A DNA stretch of 59,744 bases, counting the filler. It is 3 parts of 3 records of this genome, joined end to end, with 100 filler letters (N's around TTAATTAATTAA, not from the genome) between each part and the next. Parts side by side here need not be neighbours in the genome. Positions count along the whole stretch, not along the records: positions 41,078 to 59,744 come from SRR20825019_3168; 2 more parts are not named here. One strand, 5' to 3'. How positions within the stretch are numbered: position 1 is the first letter of the stretch; the number at the start of each line of letters is the position of its first letter. The notes beneath the pieces were generated by a model. It did no database searches. It saw nothing but the letters and a program-made list of their open reading frames with translations, and was not told the DNA's origin. Of the stretch, positions 52,382 to 59,744 are shown in pieces. Position numbers and translations under genes: made by a program.

Positions 52382-52813
52382 ATGAAACGCTACTTTGCCT
52401 ACGGCTCCAACATGTGGAATGAGCAGATGGCGAAACGATGCCCGGAAAGCAGGAAAATCGGCACCGCCAGTTTGGTCGGCTATCGATGGATCATCACCAC
52501 GCGCGGCTATGCCAGCGTGGTCGAATCTCCGGGACAGGAAGTGGAAGGCGTCTTGTTTGAAATTTCGGAAACCGACGAAAAAAACTTGAACCACTTCGAA
52601 GGAGTTTCCGCAGGCATCTATCGCCAAGCCGAGGTGCCGATCATTCACGAAAAGAAGAGGATGTTCGCGCTAACCTACATTGATCAAACATCGGATGAAG
52701 GAATTGCACATGAAGAGTATATTGTGCGTATCAATGCCGGTCTCAACGATGCCAACTTATCCACTGTCTATATCGAACAGCAGGTCCGGAAATTCATACC
52801 GCCCCCTCGTTAA
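52382..52813 (+). CDS. Gamma-glutamylcyclotransferase-like protein
   Basis: YFAYGSNM and VEGVLFEI..LNHFEG motifs. Confidence 0.85.
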   Translation: MKRYFAYGSNMWNEQMAKRCPESRKIGTASLVGYRWIITTRGYASVVESPGQEVEGVLFEISETDEKNLNHFEGVSAGIYRQAEVPIIHEKKRMFALTYIDQTSDEGIAHEEYIVRINAGLNDANLSTVYIEQQVRKFIPPPR

Positions 52814-52900
52814 GCAGCGCCGTCGATAAGTTTCCGACGTTTTAGCCGGAATGCCCATACTCTCCTGAACAGGACGCTTAGCTTGAATAATGCTGCAATT

Positions 52901-52971
52901 AAAGGGCACAGGGACGTGCCCATCCACTTGACTCCGAGGTGGACGCGCCAGTTCCTTGGCACGTTGTTTGG
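52901..52971. repeat. GTGG-type REP-like element, copy 1
   Basis: GGGCAC-AGGGAC-GTGCCC hairpin followed by ATCCAC..GTGGAC. 52909-52971 matches the reverse complement of 59682-59744 at 55/63 positions by hand alignment. Confidence 0.75.
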
Positions 52972-53100
52972 ACTACCTTTGGCCAGGTCCGATTCAATTC
53001 GGTGCTCCATTTTCAATCCACTCCTCAAGAGTGGACGCCGGATCAAAGCGATAAATTCAACTGACAAGCAGCCACCTTCTCACAAGGGTCGCGCACCAGC

Positions 53101-54423
53101 ATGAAGAAAAAGCATCGTTATGCCATTTGCGGTCTCAGTGTGCGCGGGATTCACCAATATGTTCTCCCGCTACTGGGACAAAACCGACCGGGAGGTCCCA
53201 ACTTCGATGATCGTGCCGAGCTGGTCGGCATTCTCGATACCGACCGCGAGCGGGTGACGACGTTCTGCAAAAGCGTCGGGCACAATATCCCATGGTATGG
53301 ACCCCATACACTAAAGCGGATGGTGCGTGAAACCCGTGCCGACACCCTGATCGTCGCCGGGCCTGACGGCACTCACGCGCGGCATATCGTCGCAGGCCTC
53401 GATGCGGGATGTGAGGTGATCACCGAAAAGCCCATGGTGATTGACAGCAAACAGGTGCGGCAAGTTCAGGCGGCTGAGAAGCGCAACAATCGACGCTTAC
53501 GGGTGGCGCACAACTACCGCTACGCGCCCTTGCATCAAAAGATCAAACAGCTGATTTCATCCGAGAAAGTAGGCAAAGTCGTCAGCGTCGAATTCACCTT
53601 CAATCTCGATACGTTTCATGGCTCGAGCTATTTCTACCGCTGGAATCGTGAACGGGCGATGTCGGGCGGTCTGAGCATCAGCAAAGGTTGTCACCACATG
53701 GACTTGATCAACTGGTGGTTGAGTGATGTGCCCGAAGAGGTTTTCGCATTTGGAGGCCTCAGCTACTTTGGTAAAGACGGACTGTTGCGACCGCGTAATG
53801 CGCAGGGAAAGCCGCTTTCGCCGGTCCAGGAAAAGAAGCGATGCCCGGTATTTCGGAAACACTACACCGGCAAATATGACCCAGCTGGGAACGAGATCGG
53901 CACCGGTTGGGACAACGGCTTCGGACTCACCTACCAACAGCAGTATCCGGCGGAGCAACGTCGCTATATCTATGATGACGAGATCGCAATCGAAGACAGT
54001 TACAGCGCAGCCGTCCGCTATCGTTCCGGTGCGACGATGAGCTACTCCTGTAACTTTTGCACGCCATGGGAAGGTTACATCCTGGGGGTCAACGGCAGCA
54101 AAGGCCGGATCGAAGTCGTCCAACGAAGTGACCCCGATCCCACTGGAAAAACCAATCCTGCCAAAGGTGGCGGAGAGATCACCTTCTATCCCCTCTTCGG
54201 CGGGAAGCAGGTGATAAAAGTTCCGGCGGTAGCGGGTGGACATGGTGGCGCCGACTTCAAAATCCAGAACGACCTTTTCCGAAAGGAGTCCGCCCAGTCC
54301 AAGAAGATGCAACTTCTCGCGAATAGCGAAGCCGGCGCCTACGCCGTGGCGGCGGGAGAAGCCTTGTGGCGCTCGGTTAAAACCAGACGTCCGATCAACA
54401 TCGACAAACTACTCGGACGTTAG
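53101..54423 (+). CDS. Gfo/Idh/MocA family oxidoreductase
   Basis: ITEKPM, AHNYRY, KGCHHMDL and GHGGAD motifs. Confidence 0.9.
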   Translation: MKKKHRYAICGLSVRGIHQYVLPLLGQNRPGGPNFDDRAELVGILDTDRERVTTFCKSVGHNIPWYGPHTLKRMVRETRADTLIVAGPDGTHARHIVAGLDAGCEVITEKPMVIDSKQVRQVQAAEKRNNRRLRVAHNYRYAPLHQKIKQLISSEKVGKVVSVEFTFNLDTFHGSSYFYRWNRERAMSGGLSISKGCHHMDLINWWLSDVPEEVFAFGGLSYFGKDGLLRPRNAQGKPLSPVQEKKRCPVFRKHYTGKYDPAGNEIGTGWDNGFGLTYQQQYPAEQRRYIYDDEIAIEDSYSAAVRYRSGATMSYSCNFCTPWEGYILGVNGSKGRIEVVQRSDPDPTGKTNPAKGGGEITFYPLFGGKQVIKVPAVAGGHGGADFKIQNDLFRKESAQSKKMQLLANSEAGAYAVAAGEALWRSVKTRRPINIDKLLGR

Positions 54424-54435
54424 TTGAAGGCGATC

Positions 54436-54978
54436 TCAGACCTGTGTCTTCCGCACCATCCGGGCCATCGATTCCTCGGGGTTGAGTGCAGTCACTTGAT
54501 CGACGTCCACCCACGCGAGGTCTTTGGATTCGTGGGTGACCACGAGCGGTTCAGTCGGATCTGCTTCAATCATAAAGCGAAGATCAAAGTGCCAGTGCTC
54601 GGGCTCGTCATTTCGGGCCGGAATCAGATGACGATCGAGATCGAATATCTCCGTGCTAATCGCCCGTAAATTCGTCAGCCCACTTTCCTCCTCCGCTTCC
54701 CGCAAAGCCACCGCGAGGAGATCGGGGTCGCCATCGGCGTGGCCGCCGAGTTGGAGCCACTTGTCGAGTTTACGGTGATGGGTGAGCAACGTCCTCTGCC
54801 GTCTGGCATCGACAACCCAAGCCGATCCGGTGAGATGCCCTGCCAATTGCGTGCGCCGTAAACAGTCTTCGTGCCCACGCACGAAGCTGATCGTCTCCGC
54901 CGTCATCTCCTTTTCAGGCGCATTTAAATCGCGTCCGGCATAACGCTCCAATAAGTGAAGGACCGCATTGCGTTGCAT
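54436..54978 (-). CDS. NUDIX hydrolase
   Basis: GHLTGSAW and Nudix box GGHADG..ALREAEEESGL. Confidence 0.9.
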   Translation of the reverse strand: MQRNAVLHLLERYAGRDLNAPEKEMTAETISFVRGHEDCLRRTQLAGHLTGSAWVVDARRQRTLLTHHRKLDKWLQLGGHADGDPDLLAVALREAEEESGLTNLRAISTEIFDLDRHLIPARNDEPEHWHFDLRFMIEADPTEPLVVTHESKDLAWVDVDQVTALNPEESMARMVRKTQV

Positions 54979-55559
54979 CAGCGCGTCTCCTTCCACAGCT
55001 GATCAGCCTGGTAATTTTGCTCGGCGTGGAGATGCGTCCAGATAGCCTCAATGGTATCCGCCACTTCGTAGAGTCCCTGCATGCCGCTGGTCTTGAAACG
55101 CTCGCGTTGCATGTGATCGAAGAATCGAAACAGATGATCGTAATAACCGTTTTGATTGAGAAACACCGCCGGCTGTCGCGCTTGGGCAAGGTAACGCAGA
55201 GTCAATACTTCGGCAATTTCCTCCAGAGTGCCGATACCTCCGGGCAGTGCGAGAAACGCATCGGCACGCTCAATCATGAGCTTTTTTCGTTCTGCCATCG
55301 TCGAGACAGAAATCAGTTCATCCGCTTCCGTAAAGGCCAGCTCACGAACCTTCATAAAGTCCGGAATCACCCCAACGACCACGCCACCGGCTGCTTTTAC
55401 CCCGCGCGCGACCGAGCCCATCAAGCCGGCATTGCCACCACCGTAAACCAGCCCCCAACCCTGGGTGACCATCTCACGTCCGACTCGATCCGCCATTTCA
55501 TAATAGGCCTCATCCAAATGAAGACTGGAGGAGCAATAAACGCAGAGCAATTTAGGCAT
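54978..55559 (-). CDS. LOG family nucleotide-monophosphate phosphoribohydrolase (TIGR00730-like)
   Basis: VYGGGNAGLMG, MAERK and LPGGIGTLEE motifs. Confidence 0.9.
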   Translation of the reverse strand: MPKLLCVYCSSSLHLDEAYYEMADRVGREMVTQGWGLVYGGGNAGLMGSVARGVKAAGGVVVGVIPDFMKVRELAFTEADELISVSTMAERKKLMIERADAFLALPGGIGTLEEIAEVLTLRYLAQARQPAVFLNQNGYYDHLFRFFDHMQRERFKTSGMQGLYEVADTIEAIWTHLHAEQNYQADQLWKETR

Positions 55560-55642
55560 GGTTTCTTGAACCACGAATGGGCACGAATTGACACGACTTA
55601 AATTCAGTCACCGACTGGGCGCTTTCCGATTCCTGATCATTA

Positions 55643-56479
55643 GTGGCTAGCTCAACAAACAGTTACACCGGTCGCCTCGCCCCTTCCCCGACCGGGCATC
55701 TCCATCTCGGACATGCCCGCACCTTTTGGTGCGCCGCTGAGCGGGCTCGCGTTGCCCACGGATCTTTGCTGATGCGCATGGATGATCTCGATCATGACCG
55801 GTGCCGACCCGAGTTTTTCGCATCAGCGATCGACGACCTGCAATGGCTGGGTCTGTCTTGGCTTCAGCCGACCATCGTGCAGAGCCAACGAATCACCTTT
55901 TATCGTCAAGCCCTCGAGCAGCTCCATCGCGCCGGTCTGATCTTTCCCTGCGAACATTCGCGACGCGATGTGCGGGAAGCGGCCGGAGCGCCGCATGAGA
56001 ACGACGACGAACCCATCTATCCGACTGAGTTCCGCCCCTCGGCAGACGCACCGCTACCGTCTCTCGAAGATCAGATCACGGTGAATTGGCGTTTTCGTGT
56101 GCCGGATGGAGAAACACTGACTTTTCCAGATGGTGCCGCCGGTCGTCAGAGCGCGACCGCGGGTGTGGAATTCGGTGATTTTCTGGTGTGGCGAAAAGAC
56201 AACCTGCCCAGCTATCAACTCGCCAGTGTGGTCGATGACATCGCCTTGGGCATCACGGAAGTCGTGCGTGGGGCCGATCTGATTCGGTCCACCTTTCGAC
56301 AGCTCCTGCTCTTTCGCGCACTGGGTCAACCCGCCCCAAATTTCAACCATTGTCCGCTCATGCTTGACGAAAACGGACAGCGACTCGCCAAACGGCACGA
56401 CTCCCTCAGCTTGAAAACATTGCGTAAGCAGGGCGTGACGCCCGTAGAAATTATCAACAGATTCCAAACCCATCCATGA
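55643..56479 (+). CDS. gluQ: Glutamyl-Q tRNA(Asp) synthetase
   Basis: GRLAPSPTGHLHLGH, YQLASVVDD, VVRGADL and RLAKR; lacks an anticodon-binding domain. Confidence 0.88.
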   Translation: MASSTNSYTGRLAPSPTGHLHLGHARTFWCAAERARVAHGSLLMRMDDLDHDRCRPEFFASAIDDLQWLGLSWLQPTIVQSQRITFYRQALEQLHRAGLIFPCEHSRRDVREAAGAPHENDDEPIYPTEFRPSADAPLPSLEDQITVNWRFRVPDGETLTFPDGAAGRQSATAGVEFGDFLVWRKDNLPSYQLASVVDDIALGITEVVRGADLIRSTFRQLLLFRALGQPAPNFNHCPLMLDENGQRLAKRHDSLSLKTLRKQGVTPVEIINRFQTHP

Positions 56480-57009
56480 CGATCACCATTGGCGTTCTCA
56501 ACATATCCGACCGGGCCAGTGCCGGTGTCTATGAAGACACCCCCGGCCAAGCCTGTGTGGCCCTCCTCCGCGAATGGCTGATCACACCATTTGAAGTTTC
56601 CTATCAGATCGTGCCCGACGATCAGTCCCAACTCGAAGCCGCCATGAAGCAAATGGCCGATCAGGATGGCTGCTGCCTGATCGTGACCACCGGCGGCACG
56701 GGGCCGGCTCCGCGTGATGTCACCCCCGAAGCCACCGAAGCGGTCTGCGAAAAGATGCTCCCCGGTTTCGGCGAACAGATGCGCAACGTTTCACTGCAAT
56801 ACGTGCCCACCGCGATTCTTTCGCGGCAAACAGCCGGGATTCGCGGGCGAACGCTGATTGTAAATCTCCCCGGTCGGCCCAAGGCCATTCGGGAGAATCT
56901 CGAAGCCGTCTTTCCCGCCATCCCTTATTGCATCGATCTGATCGGCGGCCCGCGACTCGAAGCCAATCCTGATCAGATGAAGATCTTCCGCCCCAGAGAG
57001 ACCAAGTAG
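56476..57009 (+). CDS. mog: Molybdopterin adenylyltransferase
   Basis: SDRASAGVYED, TTGGTGPAPRDVTPEAT and NLPGRPK motifs. Confidence 0.93.
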   Translation: MTITIGVLNISDRASAGVYEDTPGQACVALLREWLITPFEVSYQIVPDDQSQLEAAMKQMADQDGCCLIVTTGGTGPAPRDVTPEATEAVCEKMLPGFGEQMRNVSLQYVPTAILSRQTAGIRGRTLIVNLPGRPKAIRENLEAVFPAIPYCIDLIGGPRLEANPDQMKIFRPRETK

Positions 57010-57099
57010 GAGCCTTTACGCCGCGATAGCGTTGGGCGGGTATGAAGCGGCCTGGAAAAATAGGATTCGAGCAGGATCGCGGCGTAAAGCTGCTCCTAC
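57006..57099. repeat. GTAG-type REP doublet between convergent mog and MazG-like genes
   Basis: GTAGGAGCCTTTACGCCGCGAT ... ATCGCGGCGTAAAGCTGCTCCTAC. Confidence 0.8.
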
Positions 57100-57100
57100 A

Positions 57101-57478
57101 TTACAGCTCGGTATATTTAGCCGAGTTTCCTCGGGATTTTTCGACCGGATATTTGGCGGCATTCGCCGCCATCTTGCGCTCAATCGCTGCCGTCAAATCG
57201 ATCCCCGTCATATTGGAAAATTCAAGCCCGTAGATGATCACATCCGCCAACTCGTCTTCGATTTCCGTGCGCTTCTTGGGATCGTTCATCAGGTCCTTCG
57301 AATCTTCCGCCGTGGCCCACAGAAAGTGTTCCATCAACTCGCCCGCCTCGGCTGCCAGCGCCATGCTAAGGTTTTTCGGCGCGTGAAATTGTTCCCAGTC
57401 GCGTTCACGGGCAAACGCCAGCACACGTTCCTTGAGTTCCCCTACGGTAGCAGTCGCATCGTTGAGAGCAGTATTCAT
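57101..57478 (-). CDS. MazG-like nucleotide pyrophosphohydrolase (dCTPase/RS21-C6-like)
   Basis: RDWEQFHAPKNL..EAGELMEHFLW..EDELADV..KYP. Confidence 0.9.
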   Translation of the reverse strand: MNTALNDATATVGELKERVLAFARERDWEQFHAPKNLSMALAAEAGELMEHFLWATAEDSKDLMNDPKKRTEIEDELADVIIYGLEFSNMTGIDLTAAIERKMAANAAKYPVEKSRGNSAKYTEL

Positions 57479-57513
57479 GCAAACCATCATGGACCGGCCC
57501 GACGTGACGACAA

Positions 57514-58443
57514 TCACTTCCGGTCACTCAATCGCCACCACCCCGCAAGCATGCTTCCGATCACCGAATGAAAAACGCTCGAGATGGCGCAGGGCAAAGC
57601 AGTCAGAGGGTCGGCAAAATGCTTCCGCGCGAGAACTATGCCGAGACCGGAGTTCTGCATCCCTACCTCAATCGAAACCGTGCGCGCGATCAGTTTATCG
57701 TAACCGAAAAGTCGCGCCAACAGATACCCAATCGAGAAGCCTCCGACATGCAACAGCCCCACCGCCAGCAGTAACGAACCTGCGCAGGACTTCACCGCCT
57801 CACTACTTTGCCCGATGATACTCGCCACGATCAGGGTGATCGCGATCACCGAAATCAACGGAGAGACGGGCACAATATGCTTCACCACTTGCGGGGCCAT
57901 CCGGTTGAGCAGCACCCCTGCGACGACAGGGCCCACGACGACTTTAAAGGTGCTCACAAACAGGCCCCAGCCATCCACCGACACAATCGTGCCGGCATAA
58001 AGTTGCGTCAGCATCGGTGTGAGCATGACCGCACCGAAAGTCGAACACATCGTCATGACGACAGAGAGCGCGACATTCGCTTTCGCCAGGTAGGCGACAA
58101 CATTCGAGGCGGTGCCACCGGGGCAGCATGAGACGAGGATCAATCCCACCGCCAAGGGTCCTTCCAGATTCAGCAACCGTCCGATCCCCCAACCTAAAAG
58201 TGGCATCACCAGAAATTGCGCACCGAATCCCAAGGCCACCGGACGCGGCATCACCAGCACGCGACGAAAATCGTCAAAGGTCAGCGTCAGCCCCATCCCG
58301 AGCATGATTACCGTCAGTCCCCAGACAATCCACGAACCACTAAACCATGTGAACCAGGCTGGATAAAAAAGTGCGAGAATACCTCCGGCCAAAACCCAAA
58401 CGGGAAATGCATTGGTCAACACAGCAAGCAAACGAGTCATCAT
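57514..58443 (-). CDS. Bile acid:sodium symporter (BASS) family transporter
   Basis: MLGMGLTL, CCPGGTASN and SIEVGMQNSGL motifs. Confidence 0.92.
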   Translation of the reverse strand: MMTRLLAVLTNAFPVWVLAGGILALFYPAWFTWFSGSWIVWGLTVIMLGMGLTLTFDDFRRVLVMPRPVALGFGAQFLVMPLLGWGIGRLLNLEGPLAVGLILVSCCPGGTASNVVAYLAKANVALSVVMTMCSTFGAVMLTPMLTQLYAGTIVSVDGWGLFVSTFKVVVGPVVAGVLLNRMAPQVVKHIVPVSPLISVIAITLIVASIIGQSSEAVKSCAGSLLLAVGLLHVGGFSIGYLLARLFGYDKLIARTVSIEVGMQNSGLGIVLARKHFADPLTALPCAISSVFHSVIGSMLAGWWRLSDRK

Positions 58444-58609
58444 AAAAAAGTGGGGTAACGATCCAGAAAGTCCCCCGCAGCATGATCGCTCGAAGGCATC
58501 GATCCAGCGAAAATCGAATTATAAATTGAAGGACATTCCACTGTATCCAACAGAGATATACTGTTTCGACTTGGCGAAACAGCAAAGGTGTGCATGTTAC
58601 CAACGTTCC

Positions 58610-58750
58610 ATGACCAACACTTATCAACATCACCGCGGCTCGGCCGGCACTTCGTTTACGAAGGTCGTCGCCATGCATGGCTGCGGTCAGATGTGTGTGG
58701 TCTCCATTCATTGGAATAAACATCTGATCGGCACGGGCTCTCAGGCCTAA
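58610..58750 (+). CDS. Putative 46-aa leader peptide (uORF) upstream of hsp20
   Basis: ATG..TAA frame whose 3' end lies in the 5' arm of a nested hairpin. Translation is not demonstrated. Confidence 0.3.
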   Translation: MTNTYQHHRGSAGTSFTKVVAMHGCGQMCVVSIHWNKHLIGTGSQA

Positions 58751-58819
58751 ACGAATCCGTTTAACGGAACACTGTTTAGCAACCTTCTGAAGCCCGGCGG
58801 TCACCACCCTCGAGAGGGT
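58734..58819 (+). promoter_or_regulatory. Structured leader upstream of hsp20
   Basis: Nested stems CGGGCT/AGCCCG, TCAG/CTGA, CTAAAC/GTTTAG and TCCGT/ACGGA, then the ACCCT-CGAG-AGGGT hairpin. Confidence 0.45.
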
Positions 58820-58849
58820 CTCTGCTGTATTCATCCTTATCCATTTTCC

Positions 58850-59245
58850 ATGCACACCATCATCCAACCCAAAGCTATCCGGCCTCGCAGCCGAACCGCC
58901 CGGAATTTCAATTCGAAATACCGCCAGCCGAGCTATGACTGCCGGGAACAATCCGATGCGGTGAAACTCGTCGTTTACGTGCCCGGCGTGGATGCTTCCG
59001 GCATCTCCATCGAAGTTCGTGGAGCCGAACTGATCGTTACCGCCTGCAAACCGCATGTCGTGCGGGTGAATTGGCAAGCACTCCATCTCGAAACTGCCCA
59101 ACGCGATTATCAACTGCGACTCAGGCTCGGGCATGGCCTCGACTACCCCGCGTTAAATGCGGAGTATGAAGACGGTATGCTCACGCTCACCGTGCCCAAG
59201 AAAGAACGATCCGGTTCCGCGGGACGCTGGCCCCATGTCGCATGA
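58850..59245 (+). CDS. Hsp20/alpha-crystallin small heat-shock protein
   Basis: VYVPGVD..ISIEV and AEYEDGMLTLTVPK motifs. Confidence 0.85.
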   Translation: MHTIIQPKAIRPRSRTARNFNSKYRQPSYDCREQSDAVKLVVYVPGVDASGISIEVRGAELIVTACKPHVVRVNWQALHLETAQRDYQLRLRLGHGLDYPALNAEYEDGMLTLTVPKKERSGSAGRWPHVA

Positions 59246-59681
59246 TGCCATCCATAGACTATGTAACGATTATGTGAACTGGATTGGGAACTATTGCACC
59301 CGATACAGACTCTCATTGAGTGCTCAATATAGAGCCAAAAACGCAACCCCTTCCAAACATGTCAGCCTACCGAACTAATACCGCCACAGGACTCACGACT
59401 CTCCGCCCCCTCTCGAACCATCCGAGACCGGTGCGCGATCTCACGTGGGGCCGTCCGGTATTCAAGGCTCCCCACTTGCCTAATCCACGCACCGTTTTCG
59501 ATCCACTTCCCTTCACGGCGTTTCGTCCCTCCCGACAAGTCAACGGGAAGACCGTAGACTAACGTCTCCGCGAGCTCGCTCGCGCATGGAGCTTCTCTGC
59601 GCTCGCAAGCGAGCAGCCTGCCATTTCCAGCGAAGGGAAACACTGGGCAATAGAGTGACACCACAAGGTGGAAACAAGCAG

Positions 59682-59744
59682 CCGAACAACGCGCCAAGGG
59701 ACTGACGCGTCCACCTCGGAACAAGGTGGATGGGCACGTCCCTG
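59682..59744. repeat. GTGG-type REP-like element, copy 2 (inverted, at contig end)
   Basis: Reverse complement of 52909-52971 with 8 mismatches over 63 nt. Confidence 0.75.

Noticed and set aside
58340..59134. 264-aa minus-strand ORF overlapping hsp20
   Set aside because: Antisense to a recognisable Hsp20 and running through its leader; no motifs.
1..59744. tRNA, rRNA, CRISPR arrays, integrases or transposases
   Set aside because: None recognised by eye; tRNAscan-SE and cmscan would be needed to exclude divergent RNA genes.

Overview
The window is a composite of three unrelated contigs joined by 100-nt artificial spacers (N44-TTAATTAATTAA-N44 at 26923-27022 and 40978-41077). (1) 1-26922 is a compact, intron-containing genome of a flagellated microbial eukaryote. 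It has ~50-60 nt GT-AG introns and uses the standard code. Genes include delta-tubulin, a DDX31/DBP7 helicase, FAN1, two head-to-head RCC1-repeat genes (one with ~11 IQ motifs), an APH/homoserine-kinase-II-like gene, a bacterial-type Ldh_2 dehydrogenase and orphan secreted proteins. Very GC-rich blocks lie upstream of the genes and carry E2F-like and E-box-like motifs. (2) 27023-40977 is an alphaproteobacterial (Hyphomicrobiales, Devosia-like) chemotaxis locus: cheS/STAS-cheY-cheA-cheW | insert | cheT-like(-), cheD-mcp-cheR-cheB-cheY-mcp. The insert is a three-gene extracytoplasmic cassette ending in an HExxH metallopeptidase, followed by a hairpin-dense ~270-nt non-coding segment. (3) 41078-59744 is a Verrucomicrobia-like (Opitutaceae-like) contig with gamma-CA, a CNT transporter, yefM-yoeB, a GGQ release-factor-like gene, a MoxR-DUF58-BatA/B/D operon, GGCT, an oxidoreductase, NUDIX, LOG, gluQ, mog, a MazG-like gene, a BASS transporter and hsp20. 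It also has four distinct REP-like palindrome families and a uORF plus nested hairpin leader before hsp20. The best candidates for something undescribed are the three-gene cassette and adjacent putative ncRNA, the hsp20 leader, and the protist promoter architecture. Taxonomic assignments and family calls come from motif recognition, not database searches.
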